In this document: positions 11,210-23,700 of the stretch, in pieces
Layout of the letters: every line of letters starts with the position of its first letter
Numbering within the stretch: position 1 is the stretch's first letter
Source: Antedon mediterranea
Taxonomy: Eukaryota; Animalia; Echinodermata
Direction of reading: 5' to 3'
NCBI RefSeq assembly: GCF_964355755.1
Contig: NC_092677.1
Location: 8,764,101 to 8,828,100, forward strand
Length of the DNA: 64,000 nucleotides
The notes under the pieces: model-generated
The model's database searches: none
What the model was told of the DNA's origin: nothing
What the model saw: the letters and a program-made list of their open reading frames with translations, nothing else
Position numbers and translations under genes: made by a program

Positions 11210-14200
11210 ACTCTCTGTACTATAATAGTACAGGGATTTTTCGAAAATCCCAAATTTTCGACTTTAGGCACAATTTTCGACAAATAAAAAAGTCGAAAAT
11301 TGTTACTATAGCATAATAAACATGCGCAGAGTCGAATAATGGCTTCTGCGCATGTCAATTGTGCTATAGTAACCAGTTTTATCGAAAAATAAAAAGGTCG
11401 AAAATTGGTCCTTTTTGAAAAAATCCCTGTACTATAGTACAGGGAAATTTTCGAAAAATCGCCAATTTTCGACTTTTGTATTTGTTGACATAAATGGGTA
11501 CTATATCATAATAAACATGCGCAGAGTCGAATAATGGGTTCTGCGCATACCAATTGTGCTATAGTAACCAGTTTTATCGAAAAATAAAAAGGTCGAAAAT
11601 TGGTCCTTTTTGAAAAAATCCCTGTACTATAGTACAGGGAAATTTTCGAAAAATCGCCAATTTTCGACTTTTGTATTTGTTGACATAAATGGTTACTATA
11701 ACATAATAAACATGCGCAGAGTCGAATAATGGCTTCTGCGCATGCCAATTGTGCTATAGTAACCAGTTTTATCGAAAATAAAAAGGTCGAAAATTGGTCC
11801 TTTTTGAAAAAATCCCTGTACTATAGTACAGGGAATTTTCGAAAAATCGCCAATTTTCGACTTTTGTATTTGTTGACATAAATGGTTACTATAGCATAAT
11901 AAACATGCGCAGAGTCGAATAATGTGTTCTGCGCATGTCAATTGTGCTATAGTAACCACTTTTGACATAAATGGTTACTATAGCATAATAAACATGCGCT
12001 GAGTCGAATAATGCGTTCTGCGCATGTCAATTGTGCTATAGTAACCACTTTTGACAAAAATGGTTACTATAGCATAATAAACATGCGCAGAGTCGAATAA
12101 TGCGTTCTGCGCATGTCAATTGTGCTATAGTAACCACTTTTGACATAAATGAGTACTATAGCATAATAAACATGCGCAGAGTCGAATAATGCGTTCTGCG
12201 CATGTCAATTGTGCTATAGTAACCACTTTTGACAAAAATGGTTACTATAGCATAATAAACATGCGCTGAGTCGAATAATGCGTTCTGCGCATGTCAATTG
12301 TGCTATAGTAACCACTTTTGACAAAAATGGTTACTATAGCATAATAAACATGCGCAGAGTCGAATAATGCGTTCTGCGCATGTCAATTGTGCTATAGTAA
12401 CCACTTTTGACATAAATGAGTACTATAGCATAATAAACATGCGCAGAGTCGAATAATGGGTTCTGCGCATGCCAATTGTGCTATAGTAACCAGTTTTACT
12501 AATTGTACTATAGTACAGGGAAATTTTCGAAAAAATCGCCAATTTTCGACTTTTTTATTTGTTGAAATAAATGGTTACTATAGCATAATAAACATGCGCA
12601 GAGTCGAATAATGCGTTTTGCGCATGTCATTTGTGCTATAGTAACCACTTTTGACATAAATGGTTACTATAGCATAATAAACATGCGCAGAGTCGATTAA
12701 TGCGTTCTACGCATGTCAATTGTGCTATAGTAACAATTTTTGACATAAATGGTTACTATAGCATAATAAACATGCGCAAAGTCGAATAATGGGTTCTGCG
12801 CATGCCAATTGTGCTATAGTAACCAGTTTTATCGAAAATAAAAAGGTCGAAAATTGGTCCTTTTTGAAAAAATCCCTGTACTATAGTACAGGAAAATTTT
12901 CGAAAAATCGCCAATTTTCGACTTTTGTATTTGTTGACATAAATGGTTACTATAGCATAATAAACATTCGCAGAGTCGAATAATGCGTTCTGCGCATGTC
13001 AATTGTGCTATAGTAACCACTTTTGACATAAATGGTTACTATAGCATAGTAAACATGCGCAGAGTCGATTAATGCGTTCTACGCATGTCAATTGTGCTAT
13101 AGTAACAACTTTTGACATAAATGGTTACTATAGCATAATAAACATGCGCAAAGTCGAATAATGGGTTCTGCGCATGCCAATTGTGCTATAGTAACCAGTT
13201 TTATCAAAAATAAAAAGGTCGAAAATTGGTCCTTTTTGAAAAAATCCCTGTACTATAGTACAGGAAAATTTTCGAAAAATCGCCAATTTTCGACTTTTGT
13301 ATTTGTTGACATAAATGGTTACTATAGCATAATAAACATGCGCAGAGTCGAATAATGCGTTCTGCGCATGTCAATTGTGCTATAGTAAACAGTTTTATTG
13401 AAAAATAAAAAGGTCGAAAATTAGTCCTTTTTGAAAAAATCCCTGTACTATATAGTACAGGGAAATTTTCGAAAAATCGCCCATTTTCGACTTTTGTATT
13501 TGTTGACATAAATGGTTACTATAGCATAATAAACATGCGCAGAGTCGAATAATGGCTTCTGCGCATGTCAATTGTGCTATAGTAACCAGTTTTATCGAAA
13601 AATAAAAAGGTCGAAAATTGGTCCTTTTTGAAAAAATCCCTGTACTATAGTACAGGGAAATTTTCGAAAAATCGCCAATTTTCGACTTTTGTATTTGTTG
13701 ACATAAATGGTTACTATAACATAATAAACATGCGCAGAGTCGAATAATGGCTTCTGCGCATGCCAATTGTGCTATAGTAACCAGTTTTATCGAAAATAAA
13801 AAGGTCGAAAATTGGTCCTTTTTGAAAAAATCCCTGTACTATAGTACAGGGAATTTTCGAAAAATCGCCAATTTTCGACTTTTGTATTTGTTGACATAAA
13901 TGGTTACTATAGCATAATAAACATGCGCAGAGTCGAATAATGTGTTCTGCGCATTTCAATTGTGCTATAGTAACCACTTTTGACATAGATGGTTACTATA
14001 GCATAATAAACATGCGCTGAGTCGAATAATGCGTTCTGCGCATGTCAATTGTGCTATAGTAACCACTTTTGACAAAAATGGTTACTATAGCATAATAAAC
14101 ATGCGCAGAGTCGAATAATGCGTTCTGCGCATGTCAATTGTGCTATAGTAACCACTTTTGACATAAATGAGTACTATAGCATAATAAACATGCGCAGAGT

Positions 14201-17200
14201 CGAATAATGCGTTCTGCGCATGTCAATTGTGCTATAGTAACCACTTTTGACAAAAATGGTTACTATAGCATAATAAACATGCGCAGAGTCGAATAATGCG
14301 TTCTGCGCATGTCAATTGTGCTATAGTAACCACTTTTGACATAAATGAGTACTATAGCATAATAAACATGCGCAGAGTCGAATAATGGGTTCTGCGCATG
14401 CCAATTGTGCTATAGTAACCAGTTTTACTAATTGTACTATAGTACAGGGAAATTTTCGAAAAAATCGCCAATTTTCGACTTTTTTATTTGTTGAAATAAA
14501 TGGTTACTATAGCATAATAAACATGCGCAGAGTCGAATAATGCGTTTTGCGCATGTCATTTGTGCTATAGTAACCACTTTTGACATAAATGGTTACTATA
14601 GCATAATAAACATGCGCAGAGTCGATTAATGCGTTCTACGCATGTCAATTGTGCTATAGTAACAATTTTTGACATAAATGGTTACTATAGCATAATAAAC
14701 ATGCGCAAAGTCGAATAATGGGTTCTGCGCATGCCAATTGTGCTATAGTAACCAGTTTTATCGAAAATAAAAAGGTCGAAAATTGGTCCTTTTTGAAAAA
14801 ATCCCTGTACTATAGTACAGGAAAATTTTCGAAAAATCGCCAATTTTCGACTTTTGTATTTGTTGACATAAATGGTTACTATAGCATAATAAACATTCGC
14901 AGAGTCGAATAATGCGTTCTGCGCATGTCAATTGTGCTATAGTAACCACTTTTGACATAAATGGTTACTATAGCATAGTAAACATGCGCAGAGTCGATTA
15001 ATGCGTTCTACGCATGTCAATTGTGCTATAGTAACAACTTTTGACATAAATGGTTACTATAGCATAATAAACATGCGCAAAGTCGAATAATGGGTTCTGC
15101 GCATGCCAATTGTGCTATAGTAACCAGTTTTATCAAAAATAAAAAGGTCGAAAATTGGTCCTTTTTGAAAAAATCCCTGTACTATAGTACAGGAAAATTT
15201 TCGAAAAATCGCCAATTTTCGACTTTTGTATTTGTTGACATAAATGGTTACTATAGCATAATAAACATGCGCAGAGTCGAATAATGCGTTCTGCGCATGT
15301 CAATTGTGCTATAGTAAACAGTTTTATTGAAAAATAAAAAGGTCGAAAATTAGTCCTTTTTGAAAAAATCCCTGTACTATATAGTACAGGGAAATTTTCG
15401 AAAAATCGCCAATTTTCGACTTTTGTATTTGTTGACATAAATGGTTACTATAGCATAATAAACATGCGCAGAGTCGAATAATGCGTTCTGCGCATGTCAA
15501 TTGTGCTATAGTAACCACTTTTGACATAAATGGGTACTATAGCATAATAAACTGGCGCAGAGTTGAATAATGCGTTCTGCGCATGTCAATTGTGCTATAG
15601 TAAACAGTTTTATTGAAAAATAAAAAGGTCGAAAATTGGTCCTTTTTGAAAAAATCCCTGTACTATAGTACAGGGAAATTTTCGAAAAATCGCCAATTTT
15701 CGACTTTTTTATTTGTTGACATAAATGGTTACTATAGCATAATAAACATGCGCAGAGTCGAATACAATGGCAATTGCACATACAATGGAATGCTCTGTTG
15801 CATTGACTTTATATATTTACATATCTTTGTTTTTGTTCTATGAGCTGTTAGATTAAGATTTTTTTTTCTCTCTTTTGCTATGGATAAAATATTATGTTAT
15901 CATGATATTCCGAAATAAAAAGATAAATGAATGAATGAAATGAATGAATAATGTGTTCTGCGCATGCCAATTGTGCTATAGTAACCAGTTTTATCGAAAA
16001 ATAAAAAGGTCGAAAATGGTCCTTTTTGAAAAAATCCCTGTACTATAGTACAGGCAAATTTTCGAAAAATCGCCAATTTTCGACTTTTTTATTTGTTGAC
16101 ATAAATGGTTACTATAGCATAATAAACATGCGCAGAGTCGAATAATAGGTTCTGCGCATATCAATTGTGCTATAGTAACCACTTTTGACATAAATGGTTA
16201 CTATAGCATAATAAACATGCGCAGAGTCGATTAATGCGTTCTGCGCATGCCAATTGTGCTATAGTAAACAGTTTTATCGAAAAATAAAAAGGTCGAAAAT
16301 TGGTCCTTTTTTTAAAAAATTCCTGAACTATAGTACAGGGAAATTTTCGAAAAATCGCCAATTTTCGACTTTTATTTGTTGACATAAATGGTTACTATAG
16401 CATAATAAACATGCGTAGAGTCGAATAATGAGTTCTGCACATGCCAATTGTGCTATAGTAACCACTTTTGACATAAATGGTTACTATAGGATAATAAACA
16501 TGCGCTGAGTCGAATAATGCGTTCTGCGCATGTCAATTGTGCTATAGTAACCACTTTTGACATAAATGGTTACTATAGCATAATAAACATGCGCAGAGTC
16601 GATTAATGCGTTCTGCGCATGCCAATTGTGCTATAGTAAACAGTTTTATCGAAAAATAAAAAGGTCGAAAATTGGTCCTTTTTTAAAAAAATCCCTGAAC
16701 TATAGTACAGGGAAATTTTCGAAAAATCGCCAATTTTCGACTTTTTTATTTGTTGACATAAATGGTTACTATAGCATAATAAACATGCACAGAGTCGAAT
16801 AATGCGTTCTGCACATGCCAATTGTGCTATAGTAACCACTTTTGACATAAATGGTTACTATAGCATAACAAACATGCGCTGAGTCGAATAATGCGTTCTG
16901 CGCATGTCAATTGTGCTATAGTAACCACTTTTGACATAAATGGTTACTATAGCATAATAAACATGCGCAGAGTCGAATAATGCGTTCTGCGCATGTCAAT
17001 TGTGCTATAGTAACCACTTTTGACATAAATGGTTACTATAGCATAATAAACATGCGCAGAGTCGAATAATGCGTTCTGCGCATGTCAATTGTGCTATAGT
17101 AACCACTTTTGACATAAATGGTTACTATAGCATAATAAACATGCGCAGAGTCGATTAATGCGTTCTGCGCATGTCAATTGTGCTATAGTAACCACTTTTG

Positions 17201-17470
17201 ACATAAATGGTTACTATAGCATAATAAAGATGCGCAGAGTCGAATAATGGGTTCTGCGCATGTCAATTGTGCTATAGTAACCACTTTTGACATAAATGGT
17301 TACTAGGGCATAATAAACATGCGCAGAGTCGAATAATGGGTTCTGCGCAAGCCAATTGTGCTATAGTAACCAGTTTTATCGAAAAATAAAAAGGTCGAAA
17401 ATTGGTCCTTTTTGAACAAAATCCCTGTACTATAGTACTATAGTAATTTTTTGTTTGTTGACATAAATAG
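11210..17470. repeat. Complex satellite of two palindromic modules: an 89-bp A unit and a B module centred on CCCTGTACTATAGTACAGGG that adds ~98 bp; degenerate tail to ~18400
   Basis: The A period is 89 bp (GTAACCAC at 16921 and 17010). B modules are interspersed irregularly. Shared variants recur at offsets of 1929 and 2018 bp. Confidence 0.95.
15765..15945 (+). mobile_element. 5'-truncated non-LTR retrotransposon 3' end inserted in the satellite
   Basis: Interrupts an A monomer between GAATA direct repeats (15760-15764 and 15946-15950) and ends in AATAAA followed by a (TGAA)n tail. Confidence 0.7.
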
Positions 17471-18639
17471 TTACTATACGTCTATAAGATGATTATAAAT
17501 CAATATATGTGCATATATAACAATATTATTGCATAATAACAGGTTTTTAAAAATTGCGTTTTTTGGCTGTTTTTGGAAAAAAATCCCTGTATCCCTGAAA
17601 AATGACCAAATTTCGACCTCCTTATTTTTTTTACAGAAATGGTTACTATTCGTCTATAAGATGACTATAAAGCAATATATTTGCATAATAGCAGTTTTTT
17701 TGGCCATTTTTTGAAAAAATCTCTGTACTATATATACAACAGGGATTTTTTTCAAAAAATAACCAAATTTCGACCTCTTTATTTTTTGACATAAATGGTT
17801 ACTATACGTCTATAAGATGATTATAATTATTATTATATTGCATAATAAGAGTATTTTAAAAGTGTGTATTTTGGCCTCTAATTGTACAGGGATTTTTTTG
17901 AAAATGGCCAAAATATCCACTTTTGAAAATTCAATAATTATTATTATTCCATATTATGCGCATGTATTATGTTATCTAACTAGTTATGTAAAAAATAAAA
18001 GGCTAAAAAATTACTATTTTTAAAAAGTATATTGCCATATATTCGCATATATTTTGTTATATTATTCCTTGGATTATTTTAGTACAGGGATTTTTTTTCA
18101 AAAATTGACCAAATATCGACCTTTTTATTTATTTATTTTAATGCGCAGAATCCCATAATATTTTTTGCGCATGTTACCGCAAAATGGCATGGCGTATGCT
18201 ATCTCAATGCATAATTTAAACAGTCAATATTTGGCAATTTTCGATGTTTTTAACTTCTGAAAAAAAACCTGCAGAATCATATAATGTGGCTTTCGCATGT
18301 TACCTCAGTATATATTTTAAAACTGTTGATATTTAGCCATTAAAACAAACCCATACATTATTTCGAACCATTTGAAAAAATGAGATGTGCAGAATCAAAT
18401 AATGAATAATAAAACAAAGTCCCTAGCAAATATTAGTTTGTTCCCGTTTATTTCACCAATTAAAACAATTAAAAAACACCTTTAATAATGATGAAATAAC
18501 AAATTCAAAATGTTACTTATTTAAAAACAATTAGTATAGGCTTCATTATTTAAAAACTTCTAAAAATTGATTTTTATGTTGTAGATGTAACCACGGAGGA
18601 GCTAGGGTTTTAGAAGTAGTTCCACCGCACTGGACAAAA

Positions 18640-18870
18640 GGGCAAAAGTCGACCCTGGGCAAAAGTCGACCCTGGGCAAAACTTGACCCTGGGCAACAGT
18701 TGACCCTGGGAAAAAGTTGACCCTGGGCAAAAGTTGACCCTGGGCAAAAGTTGACCCTGTGCAAAAGTTTACCCAGGCAAAAGTTGACCCTGGGCAAAAG
18801 TTGACCCTGAGCAAAAGTTGACCCTGAGCAAAAGTTGACCCTGAGCAAAAGTTTACCCTGGGAAAAAGTA
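18640..18870. repeat. 17-bp GC-rich minisatellite (GGGCAAAAGTTGACCCT)n, ~13 copies
   Basis: Directly visible tandem array. It explains the spurious ORFs 18546-19021. Confidence 0.95.
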
Positions 18871-20785
18871 CACCCAAAGCATTATCCCGCCATTGGAAGA
18901 GCCCACCCTTGTTTAGAAGAATATTTGTTGGTGTCATATGAGTGCAATAATACATTATTTGAAAAAGAGGAAAGTTGCTCAGTATGAATTTCTTGTTGTG
19001 ACTGCTCTTCGACTGTCGCATGGATGTATCAAATGTTTACCCAGGAAAATAATAAATACATATTGTGTTGAAGTTGGCAGGCTATCAATAGGGTAAAAGA
19101 GAGAGAATTTATGTCACAGAACTGAAAGCAAAAAAGGAGGAAAAGGAACATCACACCTATAACAGAAAGAATTAGGAAATAATCTCAAATTTTGCATCAA
19201 TATACTGTACTGTATATAGTTAATGAAATAGCTACAATTAATGAGTAGTTTCGCCAAGAATTGTGCTAAAGCTTAGTTTCCACTTGGGTGCAACAACGTA
19301 GGCACGACATAAAGCATGTTGACCAATCACAAGTAACAGTATGGATGATTCGTCAAGCAATTACTTGTGCGCTTATGTCCTTGTGAAAACTAATCTTCAG
19401 CACAAGTTTTTTTTTATTCATTTTAGCTGTTAATTTTCACAAAATACATAATGAATATTTGGATTGGAGCTACTTTCCAAACTTACAAAAAAAAAATCAC
19501 TTATTTATCACATTAAATTTGACAACAAAAACTAATTGCTAAATTGTTTAGCATTACATGCATTGTACATACATAAAATAAGTATCATGCTATTATTATT
19601 ACTACCACCAGATTAATTACAAATTATTTTAAGCAAATTTTCCTATCCTCTTTAGGCAGACTGTCTTCTAGGCTAACCATGTTGTACATTATCTCCAAAA
19701 TGTGTGTAAGGTACTTTAATTAGGACAAGTCCAAACTTCCAGAAACACCTTGCAATAAACAGGTATATAAAATTATCAAATAAAACAAGCATATTTTACT
19801 TACAGAGAGAGTTTCCAAGATAAAACTCACTTAAATCAATTAAAATTTGAGCTATACTGTTGAAAAATTCCTTTTGTTTATAGTTGTATTATGTACTGAA
19901 TGAAATATTGAATGTTTTAGCAATTTTTTCTAGCTTGTAATATTACCTTTTTAGATGTTTTTCTTTCCTTTTAGACTTTCCTAGATGGTTAGAATTCCTT
20001 TCTACAAATCTCCAGCTTACATTATTACATCAACGGGTTAACCAGACAGTCACTTTCAATCAATCGATGAAATCAACATTTCTATCAACAATTATTCTAC
20101 TACAGTTTACTGCAGTAAACTATAATATTTACTGCAATAACTTCAGTAGATTCGGTATTGACATGGTCCCTTAGTAGTTTTGCTCACTAATGACTAAATA
20201 TCTTATGCTTGTTTTCAGTTCTGGATATACTATATGGTATAACCAAACAGTCACTTATTTTTTTTCTGAGCATTTGTTTGAACAGAGGTAAACTTCAATA
20301 GCATTAATTTAATAATAAAAGTCTCCTGTAAATTAATGACTATCTAAAGAGATCAGGAGTGGAATGCAATAATAAAGAACTAGGCCTAGGCTTAAGAGCC
20401 AAGACCGTGATAAATGCTTGATTAAGACCAGCAACAAAGCCTAGGACAGGCTAAGCAAAAAGCTGTTAATTCTGATTTGTTTTAATAAAAGCATCTTTAT
20501 TAAAGGGGAGCATTAATTAATGGGCTGTGAAGCAAGCAAGCTGGGGTAAATATCCATGATTCTTATCACATGAACAGCAAGTCTTTATTAGGGGAGAGGC
20601 ACCTGTATTAGGCTTAGCTAATAGGTTGTCTAAGCTGGGTGGTATATCCATGGTCCTTATCACAAACAATTAGAGAAACAATAATCTTCAACATGGACAG
20701 CTTTAGCTGGCAAAAATTACCAGATAAGGATAGGTCTCACAAAATGCTAAAAACTACAAAGTTATTAAAAGTTAAAAATATACAA

Positions 20786-23700
20786 TTAAAGTGTTGGGTA
20801 GTCATCAGGCAGAAGAACAAACTCACGACATGTTGGACAGGTCTTTTGTTCATTCATCCATCTCTGAATACACTGGAAAAAATGCAAAAGGATATAAGAA
20901 TTCAAAATTGTGTATTTGATTTTATTCATTATTAATTATGATGTTCAGATGATGTCCTTATTTCGTCGCATGCAAAACGACTCTACAGCTCACTATGTCG
21001 GTCGGTCAGTAAACACTAACTTGAGCATGCGACTGCAGCCATGTATATGGCCTTGTTTCATAATGGTATGGTCTAAAAGATGTAAAATTCTATGCTGCAC
21101 ACAATACTGCAGGAGAAAACTACTTTTCCACTGCTGTTCACACACTCATATTTTATAAGGGATAAGAAATGAATGAAAGGTGCTATTTTTAAACACTACT
21201 CCTATTTTCCATGATTAAATATACAGAATCAGTGTGGACATAGTAGTACAAGAAAAATATGCATATAACACTGATATAAATTGGTTTAGATCGAAAGTAA
21301 GAACATCTACATGGCACGGTACCTTATGTGTACACGAAAGTTTAGAAAATTTAGAGTTTTACTTTTATGTGCAGAACCAGTGAATGTACTTTTACAGTAC
21401 TGAGCGAATACTATAAAGTATACAATAAAGTGTAACATTACTTTTACAAAAATGGAAGAATGAAAAATAAACAAAAACAAACTTACATCCGTGTGGAATG
21501 TGTGCTGGCATTCCAGCGTGCTGACCGGCTTCGTCGGCATTTCCTCGTGGCATATCACACAGGGATCATCTTCTTCCAATGACAGAGGTTTTGGATTTCT
21601 AATTGGCATCGTCTTCCAGGTGCTCAGACCTGTGTCAGTTGACATACTTATTCCAGGTGGTGGCATTTTCTTTGAATAAGAAATCTTCGATGGCTGATTA
21701 AGCTAAAAATAACATTAACAAAAAATGAGCACAAAGGTCACACCAGTGGAAGATAAATTAAAAGCAAAACTTTGACCAAGTAAAAATATCTTTGAATAAA
21801 AAATAGTATAGAACATCATCCAATATAAAATATTTTATTAACCTGTCATTGTTTATTAATGTAGGTGTGTAGGTAGATTTAATTAAAAGTCAAACTTACA
21901 GAATGTTCTTCTCTCTTGAGGACCATTTTGACAACTCGCTCAATGATCTCCTTTGAAGGCATTCCAGATAGTGAATTACCATTGGCAGCACGCACTTCCT
22001 TCAGGAACATTGCTAACTGACCTCTGCAAGTCAAAGTAAGGATGATCAAGTTATTAGATATGGAACCTTCAATTTGGGACAACCTAGAAACTATGTATAC
22101 TGTGGCACTGGTCTTTGCCTGAACTTAGAAGTTGCCAAATTTTTTTCATGAATCAAGTAATGAAACATGTCACAATGTCCCCACATGCGTACAATGTTAG
22201 GTCAGGTTGAGAAATTTCTCTAATAACTAAAAAGGTCATTTTATAAAAAAATTGAAATATATGCGTTGCTTCAAATAACTGCACATTCCATGTTTTCAGG
22301 TAAAAATAGAGAAAATAGACTCACACTTGTGTATACCTGATTTTAAAAGATTTAATATCAAACTTGGTTGGAAGATCAACATTTTAATGCTGGTGTTTAT
22401 ACTACACCATTTTCGAATAGACAATTTCCAGTTTGTTCTTACTTTGTATACTGGTTATCAAGCATAACGCCAAGCTGGTAGATAAGCTTTTCAAAGCTGT
22501 TCTTCAGATGTGGTGGCGGTGCAGGAATCACTCTTCCTGAAACAGTTCCTCCAAATGCTCCTATAGAGATAAATATTTTTTTGATAACAGCTGTACTTAA
22601 AGAGAAATATTGCTGATTTTCTGTAATATTTAACACTGGTCAAAAAACTACTACTAGAAAATCTTAAAATACAAATAGAGGGTGCTATTGGAAAATTTAC
22701 AACTAAACAACCATGAGTGGTCTAGATGTGTGTGTACATTTGATTATGATTTTTTTTAAATTTAATTTATATAATTTTGCTATTGCTCAGTTATCTTTAA
22801 TTTTAGTGTGGTAAAATTTGGTAAATATACTAATAGAATGATTGCTTACCTAAGCTCTTAGTTTGTTTCAGAGAACTAGCCTCGGATTTTTCATGCACAG
22901 ATATTGGTATCGAAGCACTTGCTGAAATCGGTTGAGTTGGGTTGCTGACCGAAGCTGACTCATTGGAACCAGCTACGCTTACTTGTGGCACGATATTAGA
23001 TGGTACTTGAGGAACCACTTGGGGTAACTGAGAAACACTTTGAGGTGGTAGCTTTGGTACACCTTGAGTGGGTAATTGAGAAGCGATATGAGGTGCTAAC
23101 TCAGTATCCACTTTAGAGGGTAACGGAGGAACATCTTTTAAGGTAACTTGAGGTGCCACATGAGAACCAACTTGAGGTTGTACATGAGAACCAACTTGAG
23201 GTGGTACATGAGAACCAACTTGAGGGGCCACATAAGAACCAACTTGAGGTGGTACATGAGAACCAACTTGAGGGCCAACTTGTGCTACAAAATTAGCCAT
23301 TGCTGAAGAGGCTCCTCCTGACCTGCTTGATCCATTGGTAACCCCATGTAGACCCATCTGTCTGGTCTGCTGGTTGAATGAACCCGGAGGCATGTTATTC
23401 TGCGACATATATTGCTGCTGCTGTTGCCATTGTTGGTTGTGTGCAAAGTTCATGTTTGCCTGATGATGAAAGTTGGAAGGCATTTTAGCCGTTTCTCTGC
23501 GTTCTCGCCCACTTAGTCTAGGGTCTGTTGGGTTGGTCGGCATCGACGTTGATGAGGCTGTAGTGTGCATTTGTGGTGCAGATGTATGGCTAGCTGCAGT
23601 TGACACTGGCTTTGTAACAGGTTTGACCTAGTAATAAATAAGATAGGGAAAGATTAGTAAAAGAATATCTAAACAAAATATGATAAAAATAATGTTAGGC

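Noticed and set aside
11176-16848. Many repeated Cys-rich ORFs (CAERIIRLCACLLCYSNHLCQ..) and a CRISPR-like look of palindromic repeats
   Set aside because: These are translations of the satellite. The repeats have no unique spacers, there are no cas genes, and the context is eukaryotic.
18546-19021. ORFs with RVNFCPGSTFAQGQ repeats
   Set aside because: Artefact of the 17-bp minisatellite, with the same peptide appearing in several frames.
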